Below, piece after piece: positions 11,301-23,358 of a stretch of 64,000 nucleotides of DNA (positions within the stretch are counted from its first letter, which is position 1; the number at the start of each line of letters is the position of its first letter). Below the pieces are notes generated by a model that saw nothing but the letters and a program-made list of their open reading frames with translations, had not been told where the DNA came from and did not search any database. Position numbers and translations under genes: made by a program. Origin of the DNA: Octopus bimaculoides (Eukaryota); the NCBI RefSeq assembly GCF_001194135.2, contig NC_068994.1, forward strand, positions 17,463,484 through 17,527,483, written 5' to 3'.

Positions 11301-14300
11301 CTTTGTGAGTAGATTTGGCAGATGGAAACTAAAAGAAGCCCGTTGTGTATATATATGTGTGTGTGTGTGTCGTGTCTGTGTTTGTCCCCCTATCACTGTT
11401 TGACAACAGGTATTGGTGTGTTTATGTCCCCTGTAACTTAGCGGTTCAGCAAAAGAAACCGATGGAATAAGTAATAAGCTTTAAAAAAGTCCTGAGGTTG
11501 ATTCATTCGACTAAAACCCTTCAAGGTGGTGCTCCAGCATGGCTGCCGTCAAATCACTAAAACAAGAAAAATTATAAAAGTATATTATGTTGTGTCTGGG
11601 GAGAGTCATATTGTCTTAATGCCTTATTATCTTACTCACTGGTTCGATTTCCACTTACTTATTTATATTTTTTTCTTCCAAAATTTTCAACATCCATTAA
11701 TAAGGTTGCTAAAAGCAACAAAAATTTTGGAAGAAAAAATATATAAATAATAAATGAGTGGAAATCGAACCAGTGAGTGTGTTAAGGCATTAAGACAATA
11801 GGACTCTCCCTAGACAACATAATTTGCTTCAACACACGAATCCACCTAAAGAATCTTGCAAACCAGATACAAAAATGAAATAAAAGTATATATAGATATA
11901 TACACTCACACATGTATTTATATTGGTGTTAGGAAAGGGAGCCAGCCATAAAAACTATGCTAAAGCTGACGGTAGGGCTTGGTGCTACCTTCCAACTTAC
12001 TAATGCCTGTCAAACTGCCCAACCCATGCCAGCATGGATGGCAGGCATAAAATGATACTGATGGTGATGATGGTGATGTAGTAGTAGTTATATACATCTA
12101 TGAAATTTGTCACTAAGGATGTTACTCAGTTCAAATAGTAAATTAGGAGAGGGAAAAATTTGTTCAACAAAAATTTTAAATCTCAGCAAAACAAGAAGAA
12201 TGTTGTTTGAATGAAACCACATAGTATAATAATGACAGGATTGAATACTGAATAAAAATTATTCTGATTCTTAGAAGTCTTTCTGATTTATTCTGAAGCA
12301 ACTTCAAAGAAGGCAAAAAAAAAAAAAAAAGAAATGAAATAAGGAACATAAATTAGGATAATGGCTTCTAATGTTATTGGAAGTTAAGGCATGCCAGAAT
12401 GCGTTAGTCTCCTAAAGAAAGCTATAATCAAGAAAGAAATGAACAGACATTAGCAACAATGAAAGGAAGAGGGGAAGGGAGAAAAAAAAGAATAAAATAA
12501 GATAGAGGAAATAGAAAATTGACTTTAAAATATTAAAAAAAAATGTTGTATATAGTTATCTGTATCATGGTAATATTAATGGTTTTTTTTTTTTTAATTC
12601 ATTGCTTAGTCAGAGAATGAAGGGTAGTATCCATGACCTTTCACAATGTTTCTGAGGTTAGTGAGAGTGGGATGAAGACGCTACTACTAATGGGTTACTA
12701 CAATATATTATGATGTTGCGAGTTGTCCTCAGACCAATGATTTGTCTTGATGCTTGCAACAGAATTAGCTCCCAAGGCCAGATGGTGGTTGTAAACTAGC
12801 TGATGTATTAAGTATGCCACCTTGGAAGAGGTAAAGCCTATCCACTGGACTTGAGCCAACCCAAGGCTGTTAAGTCAGATCTACTTTTAGAGATGTTTTC
12901 TGTTTGTATTCCTGTCTTGCTACTGTTTATTCTTGACAACTAACAACTGGCACTCCATCAGTTATGACAATGAAGGTTCCAGTTGATCTGATCAATGGAA
13001 CAGCCTGCTCGTGAAATTAATGTGCAAGTGACTGAGCATTCCACAGACACGCATACCCTTAACATAGTTCTCAGGAAGATTCGGCTTGACAGAGAACGTA
13101 ACAGGACTGGCCCTTTGAATTACAGGTACTACTCATTTTTGCCAGCTGAGTGGACTGGAGCAACATGAAATAAAGTGTCTTGCTCTGCTGCCAAGAATCG
13201 AACAAATGACCTTAAAATTGTGACCCGAATACCGTAACCACTAAGCCGCGTGTTCATCTGTAGTAGAGGGTGAATCAATAAGAATGATAAACACTGGTAT
13301 CCAACATATAAACTTACCAGTGATTGTCTCAATCTTTAGGTATTTTTTCCTCTGATTCTGCCCACAACCTATGTGTCTTAATCTGTGACTCTCTCAAATA
13401 ATTATCTTCTTGAATTTTTCAAAAATCATATTTATAATATCTATATTCTAAGTTATTAATTATGATTTAATGCCATACATTTAATGATTTTGTTACTTCT
13501 TTAGCATTGTTTGTAATGCTTTAAGAAACTATAGCATTCTGTTGTACAATATTGTTATAGAACGCATGTGTTGAAACATAATAGCATGAAAGACATTTGT
13601 TGGTCCTAAGCTCAGCATGGCACCAAAGCCACAATTTGATCTCTGACAAACCAGAGTTGGTATCAGCTGTCTGATTTGCAGCAGACATGTGCTGTTTTCC
13701 AGCCGCACTTTACTAAACTGTTCTTAATGAGAGATGAACTGGAAATGATAGAATTCGATACCTACTTCAATGGCTTACTATGACTCTTGTGTAGAGAGAC
13801 AGAGTGCTGTGAAAAGTCAATTTCAGCAGATAAAGTGACAGAGTGGCTGGGCTGCTGCTATACTAGAGGCAAGGTGCAAACATTATATCTTTTCTCCTAT
13901 TTCCACAACCAGACTTATTTGATCCTGTCTTAGCTGCTCTGTTGCAGATTGCAGCAGACTAGGAGCATTTCCAATCATGTGAGCTGGGAGTGGTGACCTA
14001 TTGAGGAAAGACCCTAAAAGAGGACATAATAGAAAACTTCTGACCCATAACTGCTCGGTTCATATCTAAATGTTTTGGCAAAAGTGCTCACCAAGAAGCT
14101 AGTGCTTATCATTTGTAGTGTAGTTGGAGGTGCATAAATCTGTTCTATCCCTGGCAGATCTATCCATGATAGCTTCTTCCTCATGCAATGGAGCTGGTTA
14201 AGAAAAGATCTGATTTTCGCAGGGTATTGGCAACTGACCTAAGAACAGTTTGTTTCAGTCCTGTCTTTAGAGGTTTGATCACTACAATGTACAGTAACAG

Positions 14301-17252
14301 TTGTTCAGTGGTCAAAATGAATACCCACTTCTGGAACTGTTTTGTTTCATAGCTATACACTTGCACTTTTCTACTGTATGGTTTGGTTCTTGGAGCCCCT
14401 TCTGCAAAAGTTGTAATCCTTGAGTCACATCCTGGTTGAACCAGGTCACAGAAAAACTATAGCGGGCAACATAGTGTTGGACACCTTGGATATAGAAGTG
14501 ATTGACACTATACTGGAAAAGTACCTGCAGCATATAGAAGAAGCTCACATCAACCATATCCAATCAGTGTGCTTGCAGCTTGGCATCTGGAGAGGTGAAT
14601 CTTTACTGGTTACCAGCAATTTCTGTTGCTTGACTGAGGATCTGGTTAGGACTGGGAAGAGGTTGCAAATTGGGTGGCCAATCTCACTCAGAAGTGTATT
14701 TAGAATAAACTGCCTGTAAATGGTTAAGCAGAAGTGATTAATGCCTACTTCACATCAGTGGTGAACTGTAGCCTGGATGTCATCCTTGCCCCAAGAACTA
14801 TGGAGTGCATGCTTTTCTACTTTTTATGGAAGGGACAAATTCTGTTAGTTAAGAAATCCATCTGTTGCCAACATCTGTCCTGACACCACTAGTGATGCAC
14901 AAGCACACTATGAGTTTGATACACTTACAGAAGTATCTTAGCCACTGTAACATTAACAATGAAAATTAGACTGAATTGGTATAGGCATCTTTTGTGTAAT
15001 AGACCTTTTGGCAGCTCATCTCTATAACCGAGCTACAGTCATGAGCCAGCCATAGATCGAGGTTGAGTGGCATCTACATGTTGTCAGTAACCCAATGGTA
15101 CCCTACCAGCTGGATAATACTTTTGGCTAGAAAACAACTCTTGCATTTCATAAATGGTTAAGGAAGAGTATGAGTGACAATGGCCAGGAACAACTCTAGA
15201 CAGCAATGAGAACAGTCTGAGCAGTCTCTTTTAGAAGGCTTCTGAGTCAGGAACTATGGACAATTTGCAATAGTCCAGTGTTCCTGTTCCTGCTGGGGAC
15301 AATAGAGGTGCCAATGTCTGAGATGTGCTCAGATTGACGAAGTCATTCTGCATGCCATCAGTCAGTGTCTTTGCATTGCTGACTTAAGGGGCTGTGTCAA
15401 ACAGCTTCTGTCACAGGTAGGACTAATCCAGCTATCAGCCAAGCCACCTTCCCTTGATAGGAAAGGGCAGATGGTTTTCCATTGCCTGCTGATTATGGTA
15501 AAAAAAGGTGCTGTGGTAGATTCATATGAAAAATTTGAAGACAAGCATTTTCCTCTCTCATCAACTTCTTCAGTATCACTTGAAAAAGTGGATATAGAGA
15601 AGAAAGTGTCACCTTCTAATATGCTTACAGAAAGGTGGATGAGGCTGAATGAGCCTACCCTGAATGTGCTTTTCTAAGTGGGAGAAAATAAATTGGGGAG
15701 ATCACTTTTGATGCCTTGCATGTAGCAGAGTAATCTTGACCTCTGTATGTGAGCTTTTTGCCCTAAAGTACCCTAATTGTTCTCCCCTCTTCCACGTTAG
15801 AAGTTTTGTTATATTCTGGGGGTTTTTTTAACTTTTTTTTATTCAATCTAAATGCTACTTAGTGTGTCTGTATTTCATTCTTGTATTGTCCTTAATGTCT
15901 TAGGCCCTTGTGGTCAATAAAACAAACTGTCACCACCACCACCACCACCTCTTCTTCTTCTCCTGCTGGTGTTGTTACTACCATGTAATAATTCTTTACT
16001 GTTTTCTATTTTCAGTGCTAGAGATGTATGGTAAACTTAAGGAACAGATGAAAAGCAAGAGGTAAATACTCAGCTTGTATTGTGAATGTCATTGCTGTTA
16101 AAATAATGCTGGCACAGGTGCTGTGTGGTTTAAGAAGTTTTGCTTTGGTCATGGTCTCATATTTGATTTTATTATGTGTCATCTTACAAATGAGTTTTCT
16201 TTTCAAGCCTCTGTTTAATCCAAACCTCTTCACTGAAATCAAATAGACTGACACACACACACACACTATGCAGAAACCTGTTGGACAGACTGTAATTCTT
16301 TCTGGGTGGTAGACTTAATACATTATGTATTTTTAACAGTACCACCTGGCTCCTGGAAATACTTGACAGAGTCCACACTTCAACAATCACTTGAACAGAT
16401 CTCCGATCTGAGATCATCTTCATAAACATATACTCTGGAGGTTACAAACTGATAATTAAAAAAAAAAAAAATCAATAGATGCAGAAGTTCAAGTATAAGC
16501 ATGATATAATCTAGTTAGAGGCAATCTGGCATTTTTTTTTCTTCTTGTAGTATATTTTTATGCTGTGTAGAGTGAAGACATGTAATACCCAGAATCAAAA
16601 ACCTTGAAAGCTGTGCCATAGCTTGACCACAACTCAATGATTGAAAGTAGTAAAATAATAAAATACAATATGAACCTAATAAAAAAACTGTTCCCTCATA
16701 TTTACATCCCTAACATGAATCGTTTTCTGTCTTTTCAGATATTACCCTGCCCTTAAAACTCTGGAACAACTCGAACACACATTCCTTCCAAGGGTCAATA
16801 CACACTGGTTCTCTCAAACAATGGCTGATGCCATTCCCAAGCTACGGGAGAGCATTAAAGATGCTTCAATGTCTGACTTGAAAGATTTCTTGGAAAACAT
16901 CCGCAAACATTCAGCTCGGATTGGGGAGGTGGCCATGAGACATGTATGTCATACAACTTTTCAATATTTTGTGTGTGTGTGTGTGTATGAGTTGAGTTTA
17001 ACCCTAGGTGCAATAAGAGCCACCAATGAGTATTCAGATGCTCTAGCATCAAAATTCAAAATCACCAGTGATCTGGCTATATCGACTGTAGGAAGCTTGT
17101 CTCTTTGTCTGTCACTAAGATGGTGCTATCTGTGTCTACTGAGTTGTTTTGACTCTTATTTCTAGCAATGCTGGTACTGCTTAGTTCCCTCTGTCACTTT
17201 AGTGACATCTATAATTTTGCCTTTTGGTTGGTAAATTGCTAATAAGCCACCC

Positions 17253-17283
<31 letters not shown>

Positions 17284-18705
17284 TTCACTTTCAGTAGTTT
17301 ATTCCATGTGTCTCACACAGGCTTTCTCTCTATAAGCACCTAATCTTTCAAATTCTTCTCTTACTCTCTATAACACCAAGATTTAATTTTTTTTATTTTG
17401 GGGCATTTGTTGGCCAGGGTATGTAATGATCTCCAAATCCTAGTATGCTACACAATTCGGATATAAACTGAATGATGTACCTCATATGGCTGTATACTGT
17501 ATCTCAAAAAATTCTTAATGAATTAAAATTTGTCTCAAAGCTTGGAGAAAGTAAGCAAAAATCAAGCTGCAGTTGTTGGCAACTCTTAAAAACAAAGGGG
17601 TGAGATTTCAAGAAATTAAAAATTAATTTCACCGTTTACTATCTGAGCTCTTATGTTTTGTATGCATGAATATAACAAACTCTGTGCGTGTGTGTGTGTG
17701 GTGCTGTGAACTGATTTTGGTGTATTTACACCATTTGTCTACAGTGAAAAATTTTCTCCATGACAAAACATAGTGAATNNNNNNNNNNNNNNNNNNNNNN
17801 NNNNNNNNNNNNNNNNNNNNNNNNNNNNNNNNNNNNNNNNNNNNNNNNNNNNNNNNNNNNNNNNNNNNNNNNNNNNNNNNNNNNNNNNNNNNNNNNNNNN
17901 NNNNNNNNNNNNNNNNNNNNNNNNNNNNNNNNNNNNNNNNNNNNNNNNNNNNNNNNNNNNNNNNNTACACAATTCGGATATAAACTGAATGATGTACCTC
18001 ATATGGCTGTATACTGTCATCATCATCATCATCATCGTTTAACATCTGCTTTCCATGCTAGCATGGGTTGGACGATTTGACTGAGGACTGGCAAACCAGA
18101 AGGCTCCACCAGGCTCCAATCTGATCTGGCAGAGTTTCTACAGCTGGATGCCCTTCCTAACGCCAACCACTCCAAGAGTGTAGTGGGTGCTTTTACGTGC
18201 CATCTGCATGGGAGCCAGTCCAGCAGCACTGGCAACGACCTCGCTCGAATGATTTTCTAACGTGCCACCAGCACAAGTGTTAGAAGGCAACGCTGATAAC
18301 GATTATGCTCAACTGGTGCTATTTACAGGCCACTAGTAGGGAAGCCAGACAGCTGCTCTGGTAATGAACACGCTCGACAGTGCTGTCAGTGCTCCACTGG
18401 CCCGAGGCCAGTCATTGAGTATGGTTCAATTACGATTATATATATATATATATATATAATATGCACACGCATATTTGTATATACTTATACATATATTATT
18501 TGTCATTTCAGGCTGCTGAGCAGAACAATATTGATCCCTCCATTGTGAAACAGAAACGTCGGCGTAGAGCACCACCACCCCCCAATCCATTCACTGGAGA
18601 GGTACCTCAAGTCCAAGAAGAATCTGAGGAGGAACAACTAGATGAAGTAAGCATGCAGAAATTTTCAATATAGTTTCAGTGTTGTTATCCTTAGCACAAG
18701 TTCTC

Positions 18706-18743
<38 letters not shown>

Positions 18744-21700
18744 GTTCAGTTGATAGAGTGTAACACTGATACTGTAGAGGTAATATTTATTCCCACTTAA
18801 ACATGGATGTTGTGTTAGAACTTACTATACTGTGGTAGATACCATGAGAGAAATGCTCACATTGGCTTTTTTGCATTTTGCACAAAAAAACCAACATGGG
18901 AATAAATATTACCTCCCGGTATTAATACTGCCTCTGTCGCTAATATATATTTTTTAACAAGCTCACTGGCTAATCGCGACACCAGCACCTGTTCTAGCAC
19001 TTTTTCTATATATCACTGGTGGGGAGATGAGTTGATAATATCTCTAGAGGTCAAGTGTCCATCATTGATAAGACCAATGAAGGTTGAAATTACGTGATCT
19101 GGTGGTCTCGGTGCTGGAGTTGGTAGGGATTTATCTCCCCACTAGTGATATAAAGAAGAGTGCACTTTGCACTAAAAGCCTATATGACAGTTTCTATCAT
19201 GGTATCTACCATAGAATAGTTTGTTGTAATAGAACATCCACGTTAAATGGGGATAAATACTATCTCTTGGTATTGATACTGCCTCTCTCACTAATATATA
19301 TTGGTATTGTCTTATTAATTTGCTGAGTATCATACTAAAGCTCTACCAAATATTGTTCTCAGATTCTGTTGAGTATGTATTGATACTTATTATTCTGTCA
19401 AAATATAAGCAGTATTTTTACAAACTAATGTAAAGCACCAGACTAGAGACCATAAAGTATATAGTCTAGCCTTTTTTAACCTCAGTTCAGCTCTAACCAA
19501 GCAGATCTATGATCAGAAGCACTCCAGCCATGACCTATCCATTTTTTCATCTCCAGACATAGTATTTCAAGGAAATCAATTATCCAGTCAGGCCTGTGTT
19601 GTTTATGACTATAGGGTGTGGTTTGAGGAAGGCTTGACTGCTGTTTCTAGCAGGTTGAGTGATGACTTTGATGCCCTCTCTTGAGAATAATGATAATGAT
19701 ATTTTACAATGTTAGCTTAAGACCAAGATTTGTCTGTTGATTAGTATGACCACAATGCTTAGTATTTATTTTATTAATCTCAGAAGTGTGGAAGATAAAA
19801 TCAACCATAGCTAGACTGGAACTCAAAATATACACATATGTAAATATTGCAAGGCTTTTAGTCTCTCATTCCACAATTTCTGCATCTCCACTGCTTCAAT
19901 AATAATTTCATAGAAGGTAAAGAGTTGGAATAAATATCAGGACACATTCTATCTGGCTCTCCGGATTGCACCTAAATTTGGCTGACAACCACAAAACTGA
20001 CCTGTGGCTACACAACAAGAACAAGTTGGCCTTTAAGAGAAAGTCAAGTGAAATGTTTTCTAGTTAGGAATCAAAATAATTCACTGAGAAATTTCCACCA
20101 CACTAACTAATCTACCTATGAGAAATAGCAAACAAACGTTGAGCCTGTTGGTAGTGTCTATACTCTTACTCAACCTACTAGAAATAGCAGCAAAATCTCT
20201 CAAATTGCACACTTCTATCTGAAATGACAAAAGAAAGAAACATTGGACAGTGTGGTCCTAGATACACAAAAGGACAGGATGATTGCTGCTGGAATGCTTT
20301 TAGAATAAAGTTCTACTTTATGAGAGCTGACCTGGGATAAGTAACTTCATCCTACACATGAGGGTGGGGGCAAACAAAGAAAATCAAATGCTGTTTACAG
20401 CTATTTGCAACTTCAAAAGCACAGCAACAGCAACTGATTGATAGTCTTCTATTCTACCATGATGTACATTTTTATTTCATTTTCCCTTCCAGGAACTTAG
20501 TGCTCAGGACCTAATTGACTTCTCACCAGTTTACAGATGCCTTCATATATATTCAGTTTTGGTAAGTATTGTCGAAAAAATACTGGTTTTTATAAAGAAT
20601 AAAAAGTTTAGGAAGGTATAACAATGCACTATAGAACAAAAAATGGACTGTATACCTGTTGTAACTTGGTAAACTATAGTCCGATGATATTTCGGAATTA
20701 GAATTCCTTCTTCAGATCTTAATTTGCTGGAGTCTCTGCTATAAACTGTTTTCCAACGGTTTTTCTTTTTTCTGAAGCATCTCAGGAGTGGTCTCACGAA
20801 GCTTCTTCTGGAATTCCTCATGAGAAGTGCGTGAGGTCAGCTGTTTCAATCTCGTGTGTGTTGTGTTGATACATCTGTGGTGCTGCTATGTTTGATTCTT
20901 TACCCTTTGGCTGGGTAAACTTGGAAAGAATCAAATGTTATAACTAGGAATGTAACATAGGCAATGGCATCAATAAAACTATAATTTTTTTAAAAATACA
21001 CACAAGGCCAACCATTTTTTTAGGGATGGGTAGATAGTCATTTATGTCATCCCCAATATTTGACTGGTACTTTATTTAAGCAACTGCAAGGGAATGTAAA
21101 GCGAAGGTATATTGCGTATTTGATTTTGTATTATACTCAGCAAATGGTCTTGTGCCAAAATTTGAAACAATATTTTATTCAACATGGCAAAAAGGTGTAT
21201 AAAAAATATGAGTTCTGCAATGAATGAGTAAACACTCAAAAATAACTTTATTAAAAGCACTGAACTCTAGATTCCAAATATGGTTATTGCAATTTAATAT
21301 GAATTAACATTGTTCACAGTTTCAAAAATTTCAAGCAAAAACTGTAGTTGTCTTTCACAGTAGAAATAATATTTATTACTAGAAAAACAAAAGGGAATGA
21401 AACTAATCATCCTCAACTAAATTAAGAAATTATTTGAAATTATTTTTTTAACTTTTAACAGACTTCTATTTGATTTGAATTTAACATGGAAGGATTTAAT
21501 TAAATACTGCAAAGCTCTCTAGTGCATGTGATGTGACAGAATGCACCCAGTCTATGTTGTAAAGCTGTTTGTGATAGGAAGGACATTCAGCTGTAAAGAA
21601 CATGCCTAAAGTATGGTGATCAATCAATGCAAAAAAAAACTAGTTGTGTATTCAGTGTTAACATTTAACACATTAATGTTACAGATGATCATGGTGTGGC

Positions 21701-23277
21701 CAAATGAAAATCCCTTGACTTTTATCAGATAATCACACCAACTCTTTTCTCTTCAGCAAATGTGCTGTGTTAGATAGAAAATATAGTTGGTATAAGTATG
21801 TGATGTATATGGAAGAGGATAGTTAGGTAAAGATGTGCCAAGTAATCCAAGTGGAAGATGGAAGACATGAGAAGATGTGATAAAAGATCTCAGGAGGTTG
21901 GACTTCAATGAACATGTTGATAAGGGACTGCAACAAGCAGTGGGATGCTTTGCTAAAGAAGGCCTGTCCAACCCATGCAATCGTGGAAAAAGCAAACATT
22001 CAGTGATGATTATAGTTTTACCCACCTCTACTGGTTCTGCCAACCCACTACCCTAATGTGTTTATAATATTAATAATAAGAACTGTTTCAAATTTTGACA
22101 CAAGGCTAGCAGTTTTTGTTGGGTGGGAGAAGTTGATTACATCAACCTTAGTACTTAACTGGTACCTATTTTGTTGACCCTGAAAGGATGAAAGGCAAAG
22201 TCAACCCCAACTCAAAACAGGAAGATGTACAAAATACCATTAAGCATTTTGTCCACCTTGCTACCTTAACCCATTAAGTTCCACTGTCCTATAAATAGGA
22301 CATGAAATGAGAACATTAAATAAGCTATATCACATTGTGTCAGTGTTCTATTTATAGGACACCAAGTATTTCCATTTCTACTTGAAGTAAAGGAGTTTTA
22401 ATAATTATTTTTTTCATTTTAACCTATTTTCAATCATTTGTAAAAATTTAAAAGTAATATTCAGAAATTTAAGTACCCTGGAACTTAATGGGTTAATAAT
22501 ACAAATAATGATTTCAAATTTTGGCACAAGGCCAGCAATTTCAAGGGAGCAGGTATGTCATTTACAACAACTCCAGTTGGCACTCTTTTTATTAAGCCTA
22601 AAAGGATGAAAGGCAAAGTCGACCTCAGCAGAATTTGAACTCAGAATGTAAAGACAGATGCAATTCCACTCAGAATTTTGCTTGGCATACTAGTGATTCT
22701 GCCAGCTTGTCACCTTAAAAATCAACATTGGCAGAATTTGAACTCAGAATGTAATAAAGACGGACAAAATTCCGCGAAACATTTTTGCCTGGTGTGCTAA
22801 TGATTCTGCCAGCTCACCACCTTCAACCTCCTAAATATTAGTTTCTTTACATTGCTCACACTTTCTTTGTGTAAGGTTTTGTTAATTGTGGTGAACACTT
22901 AATACAGCTCCATATCAGCTCTCATTTATGATGGCTTCACTTGTGTCCTCAGTAAAGGCATTATTGTTCCAAATCTTTGGTTTCTTATCACTCTAACTCA
23001 TAGGTTTTATTTTATTTTAGTCGTTTCCATTCTTGTATAGTATCATTCTAGCAATATCATGCACCTTATTTATCATTGTTACTGCCTCAGGTGTTAAGCT
23101 GAAGCAGTAAACAAACTGAAATAAACCACTGGTTCCTTTTAATTTCACTTTTCTCTTATTCTGTCTAGGGTGCACGGGAAACTTTTGAAACATACTACCG
23201 GAAACAGAGGCGAAAACAAGCGCGTTTATCCTTAAAACCTTCGCAAAACATGGTATGTCTTGCTTTATATGTATATA

Positions 23278-23358
<81 letters not shown>

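Noticed and set aside
18075-18105. CTGAGGA-CTGG-CAAA-CCAG in RTE tails
   Set aside because: Lacks the GAAA half of the hammerhead core and a cleavage triplet.
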